A stretch of 64,000 nt of DNA from Patescibacteria group bacterium UBA2773 (GCA_002352465.1 DEIN01000008.1:64564-128563), one strand, 5' to 3'. Positions 54,369 to 63,904 are shown, counted from the stretch's first letter. Numbers and translations are program-made. The notes: generated from the sequence alone by a model not told the origin.

Positions 54369-54709
54369 AAATTCTAATATTAATTAGTTAAAAGCATCTC
54401 ACACTATGTTAAAAAAACTTAATTATTTCGCTTGATTAATTTTTATATAATTTTTTAACAAAAATACTGTTTTTATTATGTGAATTTTTAAAATAATTTT
54501 ATTATTAAATTTAATATAGCATAATTTTTAAGTACTGGCAATTATTTAATTGAAAATAGACATACAGGATTGGTCATAAGTATTTTCCCTGACGAAAAAA
54601 TCTTTCGACCCCGCATCGCGGTGTTCGCCTTGGTTCGCTTCGATCACCAAACTCACACAACGCTTTGGCTTTCAAGTCCTGACAGAAGCAAAGCAGTTTG
54701 CTTCTTTCT

Positions 54710-54748
54710 GGTTCGCGAAAATAAAAAATCGCTTTCGCGATTTTTGAT
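54710..54748. terminator. hairpin terminator 3' of tRNA-Ala (AAAATCGC-TTTC-GCGATTTT)
   Basis: Palindrome flanked by A- and T-runs. Confidence 0.5.
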
Positions 54749-54751
54749 TTG

Positions 54752-54824
54752 TGGACCAGACAGGACTTGAACCCGCTACCTCCTCAGTGCAAATGAGGTG
54801 CTCTACCAGGTGAGCTACTGGCCC
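54752..54824 (-). tRNA. tRNA-Ala (anticodon UGC)
   Basis: Hand-folded cloverleaf: acceptor GGGCCAG with G3:U70 wobble, D-arm GCTC/GAGC, anticodon loop TTTGCAC; no encoded CCA. Confidence 0.8.
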
Positions 54825-55019
54825 ATCACAAATTACTGTTAAACTATAAATTTAAGCAATCTTAAACAAGTAAAATTTCTTTACGAAAATTAAAATTTTT
54901 AAGTTAAATTATTTGAAATATTTCCGATACCTATATTCATAGGTTGAGAAAATTTTCAGATAATTTAACTAAAAATTTGAATTTGCAGTAGAAAAAGTGC
55001 TCGACAATAATTCCTCCTG

Positions 55020-55093
55020 TGGGCATATCAAGATTCGAACTTGAGACCTCAACATTATCAGTGTTGCGCTCTAACCAACTGAGCTATATGCCC
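55020..55093 (-). tRNA. tRNA-Ile (anticodon GAU)
   Basis: GGGCATATAGCTCAGTTGGTTAGAGCGCAACACTGATAATGTTGAGGTCTCAAGTTCGAATCTTGATATGCCCA folds as cloverleaf; loop CTGATAA. Confidence 0.85.
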
Positions 55094-55461
55094 TTAAAAA
55101 AATAAAAAAGATATTTGGAATATCTGATTAGAACGCATCTTTAAGCGGAAAATCATGATATCTACAAAAAAACTTATTACTTTACGATAACAAGAGAAAT
55201 TATAACAAAAAACAACTTTTTGTCCAGAGCTTCATTGATTTTTGTTGTTTTTCGCTGTTTTAAAGATATTTTAACACGTCCCTGCTGCTTCTTAAACTAA
55301 CCCTCGGTAGTTTAAATTTTAAAAAATATTTTCCATGATAAATCCTTTAATATTATTGGGCAATGAATTGACAATTTAGTAAATAAAAAATATAATAATG
55401 TCAATATAATAGATTTATTAAAAAGCTTAAATAATTTCGAAAAAATTAAATACAAATCAAA

Positions 55462-55860
55462 ATGAAATTTAAAGTAACCGCTAAGTTAACTCATTCACCC
55501 GAAAATATCCTTAGGAATTGCGGTTATTTTTCAATTTTTGATCCCAAAACTCAAAAAGGAAGTTTTGTTCGAAAAATCACTGGCAATCATTATCCTCGCT
55601 TTCATCTTTATCTTAAAGAAGTAAATAATGAATTAATTTTTGATTTACACTTAGACCAAAGCAAAACGGTCTATGCCAGAGCCAAAGCTCACAATGCTGA
55701 TTATGAAAGCCCCGAAGTCAAGCAAGAATTAGTTCGAATTTTCCAAGAAGTTAAAAAAGCGATTCCGATTCCCAAGGAAGAAAAACCTCTCAACGAAAAT
55801 AACGCCTCTTCAACCGAAACTCACCCCAATTGGCTTTCGAAACTTTTTAAGAAAAACTAA
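55462..55860 (+). CDS. hypothetical protein
   Basis: ORF track only. Confidence 0.35.
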   Translation: MKFKVTAKLTHSPENILRNCGYFSIFDPKTQKGSFVRKITGNHYPRFHLYLKEVNNELIFDLHLDQSKTVYARAKAHNADYESPEVKQELVRIFQEVKKAIPIPKEEKPLNENNASSTETHPNWLSKLFKKN

Positions 55861-55916
55861 ATTTCCAAACTTAAAATAACCGCTAGGTTAGTTATTTATT
55901 TTATGATTCTTTTTGA

Positions 55917-57050
55917 CTACTTTATGGCTCTTGCAATTGCCTTTACAGCCTCTTTGCTAGTCACATTAGGAAGAATTTTATTTTTACTAGATTTTTTAAC
56001 CACATAAGCCAAGGCAATGGCCGCTTTTAATTTCATTTTTTGGGTAACAGTTTTGACTTTATTATCAATGAATCCTTTGAAAATTCCAGGAAAAACCAAG
56101 GCGTTATTAATTTGATTTGGAAAATCAGACCTTCCGGTTCCAACTACTGACGCCCCAGCCTTAAGCGCAATCTCCGGCATTACTTCTGGCACAGGATTGG
56201 CCATTGCAAAAATTATTGGACCAGCACTCATAGATTTAATCATCTTAGCATTCACCAACCCTGGTTTCGAAAGTCCAATAAAAACATCCGCTCCAATCAT
56301 TGCTTCAACCAATCCTCCTTTCAAATTTTGCCGATTGGTTTTCAAGGCAATTTCTTTTTTAAATTTATTCAAACCTTTTCGAGTTCGATAAATCACACCT
56401 TGACTATCCAACAAAACAATATCGCCAACTCCTTGAGCCAATAAAAGTCTGGCCGTGGCAATTCCAGCCGCTCCAGCACCATTGATTACAACTTTCAAAT
56501 CATTCATCGCTTTTCCACTTACTCGACAAGCATTGATCAAACCCGCCAAAACCACAATCGCCGTCCCATCTTGGTCATCGTGAAAAACTGGAATAGAAAG
56601 TTCTTTTTCTAAAACCTCCAAAATCTCAAAACATCGAGGAGCCGAAATATCTTCCAAATTTATTCCGCCAAAACTCGGCTCAATTTGTTTACAAAATTCT
56701 ATAATCTCCTTAGTATCTTGGGTATTAATACAAAGCGGAACAGCATCCACATCAGCAAAAGCTTTAAAAATCGCTGATTTCCCTTCCATCACTGGCATTC
56801 CCGCTTCCGGACCAATATCCCCCAATCCCAAAACCGCCGTTCCGTCACACACAATCGCCACCGAATTTTTCCGATTAGTTAGCTCAAAACTTTTCTTTTT
56901 ATCTTTGGCGATCTCCTGACAAACCGCTCCCACGCCAGGAGTATAAGCCATTGATAAATCATCAATTGTTTTTAAGGGAATTTTCAAACCAATTTCAACT
57001 TTCCCCTTGTGTTTTTTATGCAAAGCAATAGCCTTTTTTGAATAATCCAT
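55917..57050 (-). CDS. NAD(P)-dependent malic enzyme (short form)
   Basis: Malic enzyme signatures YTPGVGAVC, VCDGTAVLGLGDIGPEAGMPVMEGKS, GAGAAGIA Rossmann. Confidence 0.85.
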   Translation of the reverse strand: MDYSKKAIALHKKHKGKVEIGLKIPLKTIDDLSMAYTPGVGAVCQEIAKDKKKSFELTNRKNSVAIVCDGTAVLGLGDIGPEAGMPVMEGKSAIFKAFADVDAVPLCINTQDTKEIIEFCKQIEPSFGGINLEDISAPRCFEILEVLEKELSIPVFHDDQDGTAIVVLAGLINACRVSGKAMNDLKVVINGAGAAGIATARLLLAQGVGDIVLLDSQGVIYRTRKGLNKFKKEIALKTNRQNLKGGLVEAMIGADVFIGLSKPGLVNAKMIKSMSAGPIIFAMANPVPEVMPEIALKAGASVVGTGRSDFPNQINNALVFPGIFKGFIDNKVKTVTQKMKLKAAIALAYVVKKSSKNKILPNVTSKEAVKAIARAIK

Positions 57051-57120
57051 AGATTTATTTTATTAATATTTATATATTTAATTCAATAATTATATCAGTT
57101 TAAGAAAAATAAGCAAAATA

Positions 57121-57150
57121 AAAACCCCAGCCGAAGCGTGGGGTTTTTGT
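57121..57150. terminator. bidirectional terminator (AAAACCCCAGC-CGAA-GCGTGGGGTTTTT)
   Basis: GC-rich hairpin flanked by A-run and T-run between cspA and malic enzyme. Confidence 0.65.
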
Positions 57151-57171
57151 AAACTATGTTCTAAAGCTATA

Positions 57172-57375
57172 TTATTCAGTAACTAAAGTAACATTGGAAG
57201 CATTCAAGCCTCGTGGTGTTTCAGTCAATTCAAATTCAACTTTATCACCTTCATTTAGATCATTGTAATCTACTCCTTCTAAAGAAGTAGCGTGGAAAAA
57301 GATACCTTTTTCGTGATCCTCATGTTTGATAAAACCAAACCCTTTGTCTGTTATTTTTTCAACAATACCTTGCAT
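57172..57375 (-). CDS. cold-shock protein CspA family (start adjusted to MQGIVEK)
   Basis: RNP1 KGFGFI and RNP2-like FFHAT motifs; 67 aa core; ORF-track N-terminal extension unlikely. Confidence 0.85.
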   Translation of the reverse strand: MQGIVEKITDKGFGFIKHEDHEKGIFFHATSLEGVDYNDLNEGDKVEFELTETPRGLNASNVTLVTE

Positions 57376-57795
57376 AACTTTTGCATTATTAAATTTAAAC
57401 AACTCCAACAGAAATCGACTTGAATCCATTAAAAATTGTGAGAACTCATTTTTAAAGCCCATTAGAAACAGACCTTTCCAATAAATTCATTATTAGTATT
57501 GTTGCATACAGACCAATAATTGTCAATAGAATTACTCTTTTATCCCTTTTTAAGCGTTTAAAAAAGCCTCGTAAAGTTTCTTATTCGGCTTTTTTATTTT
57601 TCAAATTAATAAAATAGTTGATTAAATCAAAGACTTAAAACCATTTCCAGTCCCGTTGATTTTTTTTCAAAATTTTATTCGGTTTTTTTTGATTGCGATA
57701 TCTCAGCCAAATCACGACGATCTTTTTGAATTCCTCCCATTGAGCTTCTTTCAGCCCAGCTTCTTCAGCTGCCGCTTCGATCTGACGCCAAATAT

Positions 57796-58155
57796 TCAAA
57801 GTTGATTTTTCAAATCAACTCCTTTCTCAAGAATTCGCATGGCTTTCCCAATCGAGTTTAACGCTTTTATATCTCTTGTAATTTCTAAGATATCAAATTT
57901 CCAGCAAAGAATACCAAAAAAAGGAAATACAAAATGAAGATAGCAATACCAAAAAAAATTGATAAACCAAAAATCTTTAACAACCTTTTCATAGAAATCA
58001 CCATCTAATTTTTTGTTTTTCGCAGCATCTATAAGTATTGCTGAAAATACAAGAAGTTCGGCATATACGAAGAACAACACTCCTCCTGCCATAAAAATAT
58101 TAGAGAAAGTATTGCAAAAAAAAGTATTGAATACCAAAATCAAATTGAAATCCAA
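57796..58155 (-). CDS. hypothetical membrane protein
   Basis: ORF track. Confidence 0.35.
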   Translation of the reverse strand: MDFNLILVFNTFFCNTFSNIFMAGGVLFFVYAELLVFSAILIDAAKNKKLDGDFYEKVVKDFWFINFFWYCYLHFVFPFFGILCWKFDILEITRDIKALNSIGKAMRILEKGVDLKNQL

Positions 58156-58478
58156 CCTATAATCGCTCCCATCAAAACTTCCATGGATACTTTAAACATT
58201 TTTTTCTTTGTCATAACACTTCCCTCCCCAAAAAGTTTACCTTAAATTACCCCTAAATTTTCAAAGAAACTATAGTCTAGCAGATTTCCGCCATAAAATT
58301 AACTCTTTTCTTCCCAAATCACTTTTTTTAAATTTTACTATCATGCGACGTAGTATGGTAGTATTTTATTTTTTCATTGATTGATCTCTATAGTCTTCTA
58401 TTTCAATTTACAGTCGATAATAAATCTTAAAATCTTTTCAATCTTATTTTTTTCAGGTAAGCTATTTAGGAATTACCA

Positions 58479-58549
58479 TCGAGAATCGTCTAATGGTAGG
58501 ACAACAGGTTCTGATCCTGTCAATTGGGGTTCGAATCCCTATTCTCGAA
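58479..58549 (+). tRNA. tRNA-Gln (anticodon CUG)
   Basis: Hand-folded: acceptor TCGAGAA/TTCTCGA with U1:A72, D-arm GTCT/GGAC, anticodon stem ACAGG/CCTGT loop TTCTGAT, T-arm TGGGG-TTCGAAT-CCCTA. Confidence 0.8.
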
Positions 58550-58555
58550 CAAAAC

Positions 58556-58583
58556 AAGCCTGCAAGGGCTTTTCTTTATTTTG
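58556..58583 (+). terminator. Rho-independent terminator after tRNA-Gln
   Basis: AAGCC-TGCAAG-GGCTT followed by TTCTTTATTTTG. Confidence 0.5.
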
Positions 58584-58765
58584 TCTAAAAACCCTTGAAA
58601 AGGGTAAAACTCCCTCAATTTTACCGTAATGGTTAATTTTTATTTTTCATTACTAAATATTGAATAGTTACTTACTTAATGATAACATATCCTTTCAATG
58701 ATAATCCTGTTTTGGGATATTCCAAAATAGGTTTTAAACTAAACTATAATCTATCATTAAAAAAT

Positions 58766-58987
58766 ATGTCAAAAAATATTTATACAAAGGAATATAAGAG
58801 ATTATTAGAGAAATTAAAACAAGCGAGAAAAGATTCTGGATTAACTCAACTAGAAATTTCTCAAAAAATAGACAAGCCTCAATCTTTTATTTCCAAATGT
58901 GAATTAGGCGAAAGAAGAATCGACCCCATTGAATTATCGAAATTTGCAAAAATTTACAAAAAGGATATTAATTTTTTTATTAAATAA
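58766..58987 (+). CDS. XRE-family HTH protein, candidate R-M controller (C) protein (start adjusted to MSKNIY)
   Basis: HTH LTQLEISQKIDKPQSFISKCELGERRIDPIELSKFAKIY; 73 aa; immediately precedes endonuclease gene; TATAAT ~18 nt upstream of ATG. Confidence 0.7.
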   Translation: MSKNIYTKEYKRLLEKLKQARKDSGLTQLEISQKIDKPQSFISKCELGERRIDPIELSKFAKIYKKDINFFIK

Positions 58988-58996
58988 ATTAGAATT

Positions 58997-59560
58997 ATGA
59001 AAATCAAGCAACACAAAGCAAAAGTTTTTAATCAAGATTGTATATTAGAGCTAATGACTTTTAATAAAAGTGACGGCAAAAAATGGAAAAGACTTTTTGA
59101 TATGTGGAAAAAATTAAAATTAAGTTTGCGTGATTATAAGTCTCGAGAGCCAAATTTTCCTGAAGGATTATCAGAAGTGGCTTTTTGTTTGTTTTCTGGA
59201 TCAAAAAGATTCATATCTTTGAAGGGAAAATCAGCAGCTTCTTTTGATACTTTTAACACTGAAACTGGAAAGGCAGAGCAAATTAAAGCTTGTAGTGTAA
59301 AATCTGATCTAACTTCTTTCGGCCCTAATTCAAAATGGAACGATTTATATTTTTTAGATTTCTACAACGAAGGAAAGCTTGATGGGACTTTTAATGTTTA
59401 TAAAATTCCTTCAGAATCAATTTACAACATGAAAGTTAACAAAAAACAGACAATGAAACAGCAACAAAATCAAGGCAAACGACCAAGATTTAGCATTACT
59501 GACAAAATAATAAAAGATAAAAAGCTAAAACCAATCGCAGAAAACGTAAAAGTTTGGTAA
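58997..59560 (+). CDS. putative type II restriction endonuclease (small, PD-(D/E)xK-like; Bsp6I-like size)
   Basis: 187 aa; candidate catalytic block SFDTFNTETGKAEQIK; convergent and 8 bp from a C5-MTase; downstream of C-protein gene. Confidence 0.55.
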   Translation: MKIKQHKAKVFNQDCILELMTFNKSDGKKWKRLFDMWKKLKLSLRDYKSREPNFPEGLSEVAFCLFSGSKRFISLKGKSAASFDTFNTETGKAEQIKACSVKSDLTSFGPNSKWNDLYFLDFYNEGKLDGTFNVYKIPSESIYNMKVNKKQTMKQQQNQGKRPRFSITDKIIKDKKLKPIAENVKVW

Positions 59561-59568
59561 ATAGAAAA

Positions 59569-61143
59569 TTATTCGATTGCCTTTATCATTTTTTTAGCCA
59601 CAGCTTCCAAAACAGTTACTGTCACGGAATTTCCAGCTTGTTTATATAAAGCAGAATCAGAAAGATCTTTCGGCAAGATGAAGCTTTTAGGAAAACCTTG
59701 TATTCTAAAACATTCCAAAGGGGTTAATTTCCTGATGCCTTTGTTGTCTTTTATAATTGGTACATTATGTCCACCCATTCCCATATTAGCCGTTAAGGTT
59801 GGACAAACACATTTTTTATTTTCTCTAACATATTTTCGTCTCCATTGATAAACAGTGTTTTTATCAACAACAAAATCTTTTATTTTTTCATACAAAGGTT
59901 TACCTTCATAATAATATTTTTTATCAATATTCTTTTCTAATAAATCTTGCACGCTTACATTTAGTTTTACTGGATCAGGAAACTCAAAATTTTCTAAATG
60001 TTTTTTGTCTTTGAATCCAACAATGTAAATTCTTTCTCTATTTTGAGGAACATTTCCAAATTCCATACTATTTAAAACTTTGGCATCTGTGTGATAACCA
60101 AGATCTTTAAGTTTTTTCATTATTATTTTAAATGTTTTTCCTCCATCATGACCTTTCAAATTTTTTACATTTTCTAGTAAAAATCCTTTCGGCTCTCTGG
60201 ATTCGATAATTCTAGCAACATCAAAAAACAAATTCCCTCTTCCTTTTTCGTCTTTGAATCCATGTCTGTGACCAGCGATTGAAAATGCTTGACAAGGAAA
60301 TCCGCCCAAAAGAAAATCAAATTCTGGCAAATCATCAATTCCAATTTCTCTTATATCTTCAACGATTAATTTGGATCTTTTAAAATTTAAATCATAAGTT
60401 TTTTTACAATGTTCATCAAAATCATTAGCAAAAACAGTTTTGAATCCAGTTTTTTCAAATCCTAATCTTATTCCGCCCACTCCAGCAAATAAATCAATAG
60501 TTCTTAGTTTTTTTTGATTGGTGGGTTTAATGTCATTTTTAAAGCTTCTAACAATTTTAACTACAACGCCTCTGATTTCAACTTCTTCTCTGTAAAAGGG
60601 CAACATTGTTTGATTGGCTGGTTGTAATCTAAAGCAATTTTTCTCTCGGTAGATTTTTTTTAAAGTTGTTTCATTATCATCTATTATTGCAACAACAGTT
60701 TGACCATTTTCGGCAGATGATTGTTTTTTTATTACCACAATATCACCATCGAATATTCCTTCCTCAATCATACTTTCTCCTTTTACCTGTAAAGCATAAT
60801 ATTCTTGATTTTTTTGAATTTCTTTTTGCAAAATAGGAATTGTTCCTCTTTCAACTTCAATCGCTTCGATTGGTTTTCCGGCCGTAATAATACCAACAAT
60901 AGGAATATTGATTATTTTTTTTATTTTATTTTTTATTACCGGAACAATGCCTCTAGCAGAACTCCCTTCTTTATTTAGAAAACCTTTTTCTGATAAAGTT
61001 TGAATATGCTGATGCACTGTAGAAATAGCAGAAAGTTTAAAATGTTTTTTTATTTCTTCAAAAGTAGGAGATATTTTATTCTTTTTTATGTAACTTTTAA
61101 TGTAGTCCAAAATTTGTTTTTGTCTTTTTGTCAGAGTTGGCAT
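59569..61143 (-). CDS. LexA (wHTH + S24 autopeptidase) fused in-frame to DNA (cytosine-5)-methyltransferase
   Basis: Residues 1-200 align with LexA along its length (LTKRQKQILDYI...SARGI; cleavage-site AG in VGIITAGKP; Ser in KGESM; Lys in TTLKKIYR); residues ~205-524 carry C5-MTase motifs I FAGVGG, IV GFPCQAFS, VI ENV, VIII QNRERIYIVG, X QAGNSV. Confidence 0.85.
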   Translation of the reverse strand: MPTLTKRQKQILDYIKSYIKKNKISPTFEEIKKHFKLSAISTVHQHIQTLSEKGFLNKEGSSARGIVPVIKNKIKKIINIPIVGIITAGKPIEAIEVERGTIPILQKEIQKNQEYYALQVKGESMIEEGIFDGDIVVIKKQSSAENGQTVVAIIDDNETTLKKIYREKNCFRLQPANQTMLPFYREEVEIRGVVVKIVRSFKNDIKPTNQKKLRTIDLFAGVGGIRLGFEKTGFKTVFANDFDEHCKKTYDLNFKRSKLIVEDIREIGIDDLPEFDFLLGGFPCQAFSIAGHRHGFKDEKGRGNLFFDVARIIESREPKGFLLENVKNLKGHDGGKTFKIIMKKLKDLGYHTDAKVLNSMEFGNVPQNRERIYIVGFKDKKHLENFEFPDPVKLNVSVQDLLEKNIDKKYYYEGKPLYEKIKDFVVDKNTVYQWRRKYVRENKKCVCPTLTANMGMGGHNVPIIKDNKGIRKLTPLECFRIQGFPKSFILPKDLSDSALYKQAGNSVTVTVLEAVAKKMIKAIE

Positions 61144-61295
61144 TTTTGTATTTGATTTATTTTTTATTAAGCGTATAATTTCATTATAACCGAAAATTTA
61201 CCGAAGTGCAAATTGAATTTTAACGATTATTAAAAATTAAATAAACTATATGAAAAAAAGTGGTTGTCAAACTTCGAGAAGAATAATTTAAAAAT

Positions 61296-62156
61296 ATGAA
61301 TTATTTACCTCAACCGATAAAAGACTTAGCAACAGCAAAATTATCAAAAGTCGCAGATAAGTTTGTTGATTTTGTTATTTTGAAATACACAGGAAAATCG
61401 ATTAAAGTTTTTGAAGCTGAAAGTGATATTGAGGCTGACAAAGTTAAGTCAAGATGGGAAGTACTAGAAAAGCCTTTTTGGTTACAAGCAGAGGCAACGA
61501 AAATGGGACGACAATATTCTAATTTTGGAAATACTTTATCAAAAAGTTCAAAAATGATTATTACATCAGAAAATAAAATTGCTGATGACAATGATGTTTT
61601 CTGGGGGTTACTAGAACACTCAAAAGAGATTTCAAACGATGAAATGCAGGAATTAATAGCAAAGATTATTGCAGGAGAATATAACGCACCAGGTACTTAT
61701 TCAATGAGCATGCTCCAAATTATTAAAATGCTCGGCAAAAGCGAGCTAGAATTGTTTGAAAAAATTTGTAGCTTATTGATAAATAGCGATCAAATACCAC
61801 AAGATTTATTTTCTTTACCTGAAAATGCTAAAGAATTTATGAATGAACTCGGATTAGATTTTAGGAGCCTTCAGTTACTGCAAAGTCTTGCCTTATTTTT
61901 GCCAAATGATATGACCAGATCAATGAAAAATCATGAGAAGAAAAATTTTAAAATTGTTTATTTTAATAAAAATATTTTATTTTCACCGATTACACCGGGA
62001 GATGTAAATACATTAAAAATTAGCATACCTGGATTCTTTGGACTTTCTCCCGTTGGTAAACAGTTATTAAAACACTTGAATCCCAAGCCTAATGACCATT
62101 ATTTTAATTGGCTGAAGGATAACTATAAAATTTCTAACTATAAAATTCTTGAATAA
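61296..62156 (+). CDS. hypothetical protein in R-M island (possible abortive-infection/defence accessory)
   Basis: ORF track; no confident motif; location divergent from MTase. Confidence 0.35.
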   Translation: MNYLPQPIKDLATAKLSKVADKFVDFVILKYTGKSIKVFEAESDIEADKVKSRWEVLEKPFWLQAEATKMGRQYSNFGNTLSKSSKMIITSENKIADDNDVFWGLLEHSKEISNDEMQELIAKIIAGEYNAPGTYSMSMLQIIKMLGKSELELFEKICSLLINSDQIPQDLFSLPENAKEFMNELGLDFRSLQLLQSLALFLPNDMTRSMKNHEKKNFKIVYFNKNILFSPITPGDVNTLKISIPGFFGLSPVGKQLLKHLNPKPNDHYFNWLKDNYKISNYKILE

Positions 62157-62253
62157 TTACATATGAAGATATTTGATAAATTCTTGTTATTAATAATTTA
62201 AAATATTTTGCAGATAAGATTAAAATACACGAAATAATATGCAATAATAATCC

Positions 62254-62382
62254 CATGAATATATTATGGAAGTTGAATGATTTAAGAAACGATATAAGCC
62301 ACAATCGAATTGATGATCTGAAATATAATGGTCAGAGCTTATTTCCAAAAGAAAAAAAGGGAAAGATTATTGGATTATTTTA
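62254..62382 (+). CDS. short ORF with HEPN-like Rx4H motif (LRNDISHN), possible gene remnant
   Basis: Hand-translated MNILWKLNDLRNDISHNRIDDLKYNGQSLFPKEKKGKIIGLF. Confidence 0.2.
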
Positions 62383-62421
62383 AAGCTCAAGAAATTTACG
62401 AACAAAAAATCAAAGACGCAA

Positions 62422-62919
62422 TTGATAAAATTTAAGAAAAATATTATGGGACGAATAGAAATACTAGAAAAACTAAACATAGAATTAAAAAAAGATATTC
62501 ATACTGAATGTCAGGTGGTTTATATTTTATCTAAGATTAGGAAATGTCTTGAGATCAATAATCAAAAAAGTGAATATAAATATTTAAACTTTTATTGTAA
62601 TTGGGCTTTACATTCAAAAATTAATAGAGCTGAACCAGTGGCAGATATTATAAGAGAATTTATAAACGACAAGGATAATGGAAAATTTTTGCAATTTGAT
62701 TATTTAATAAAAGATTTAAGAAGATTTTTTAAAGATAATTCACTTTCGAAAAAATTATTTGAAACTGAAAATTATTTAAGATTCGCTAATTTATTAGTCG
62801 AAATTTATTCGGATACTCCGCTGGAGATTTACTGTGAAAGAAAAAGAATAATTACAATAAAAAAACCACTCAAAAAGTTAACAGAAAGTGTCTTTTCTAT
62901 TGCCTATGAAATTAAATAG
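62422..62919 (+). CDS. hypothetical protein
   Basis: ORF track. Confidence 0.35.
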   Translation: MIKFKKNIMGRIEILEKLNIELKKDIHTECQVVYILSKIRKCLEINNQKSEYKYLNFYCNWALHSKINRAEPVADIIREFINDKDNGKFLQFDYLIKDLRRFFKDNSLSKKLFETENYLRFANLLVEIYSDTPLEIYCERKRIITIKKPLKKLTESVFSIAYEIK

Positions 62920-63451
62920 TTATGTAAATTTAAAGTTCAATATAAAAACCCGATTGTTAAATTTTGAAAATAATAAAGTCTATGATAAATGAAAAAATAG
63001 AAAAATTTTTAAGAAATTTAATTTTAATAAGCATAAATTTAAAAATCAGGCTTTTTATACAGACGGTAGTCTAGGTTTCAGCGTTAGAAAAGATTCATTT
63101 AATAACGATGGAAACGCCACACAACTATCTGTTTATGTTTATGAAAATGATACAAGCAACAAAGATTCCAATAGAAAACCTCTTGTTATAAATACAACTT
63201 ATGGGATAGTAACTTCGGATGGTGGTATCAGAATTCGCTCCAATCCGAAACTTAGTGATCCTGTTGATTTTGAATCACACGGTTCATATTTCTATGATAT
63301 TAAAACAGAAAAATTTTATAAGAAAAATAAAAAAATTAATGCCGATAAAATCATTGAAGAAATTTATAATAAACATATAAAATCAACCAGATTTTTTGGA
63401 GGTTTTTGGCTTAGATCAAAAATATTTTTTTGGAAATTCTTTCTGCGGTTA

Positions 63452-63904
63452 TTGTTCTGGTCTATATCAAAAATATTTTATTTATTGCTTTATATTATTT
63501 CGGGGGATAAATATTCCTATGAACCATTTTTCGAAGAAGAAACTTTGAATGGAAAAATATTTAAATCTCGACTTAGACCGCCAATTGAAAATGTAAAAAA
63601 TGATGAAAAATTAAAAGAAGATCTAAAGAAAAGCGCAAAAATTAGTTTTTTTAATCATGAAGTTAGACATTGGCCAATAGTATTTTACTCAATATCGCAC
63701 GGATTATTTTATGTACTATTTATGTTAAAAAATTATAAACCTATTATTTTAATAACAGTATTTAAAAACAACTTTTTAACAATAATATACGTAATCTTGT
63801 CACTTTGGCTTGTTGAGACAATTACACCAAAATGTTTAATATTTTTGATTAAAATTTTTTCTAGATTGTCATTTACATCTCAATATAAATCTATAAATAT
63901 TTAG
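63452..63904 (+). CDS. membrane protein; reading frame is open ~440 nt further upstream without canonical start
   Basis: ORF track gives TTG start at 63452; same frame open back to a TGA near 62995 with no ATG/GTG/TTG. Confidence 0.35.
   Translation: MFWSISKIFYLLLYIISGDKYSYEPFFEEETLNGKIFKSRLRPPIENVKNDEKLKEDLKKSAKISFFNHEVRHWPIVFYSISHGLFYVLFMLKNYKPIILITVFKNNFLTIIYVILSLWLVETITPKCLIFLIKIFSRLSFTSQYKSINI

Noticed and set aside
54570-54770. 66-aa ORF upstream of tRNA-Ala
   Set aside because: Overlaps the tRNA-Ala terminator/flank, with no RBS. Also inspected this 54590-54720 stretch for an SRP-RNA-like domain IV motif and the match was too weak.
55094-55460. Expected 16S rRNA 3' end upstream of tRNA-Ile and 23S downstream of tRNA-Ala
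   Set aside because: No anti-SD CCUCC-containing 16S tail or 23S 5' helix was found. Flanks are AT-rich non-coding DNA and protein genes.
58381-58629. 82-aa ORF overlapping tRNA-Gln
   Set aside because: Its translation reads through a clearly foldable tRNA and terminator. Not a gene.
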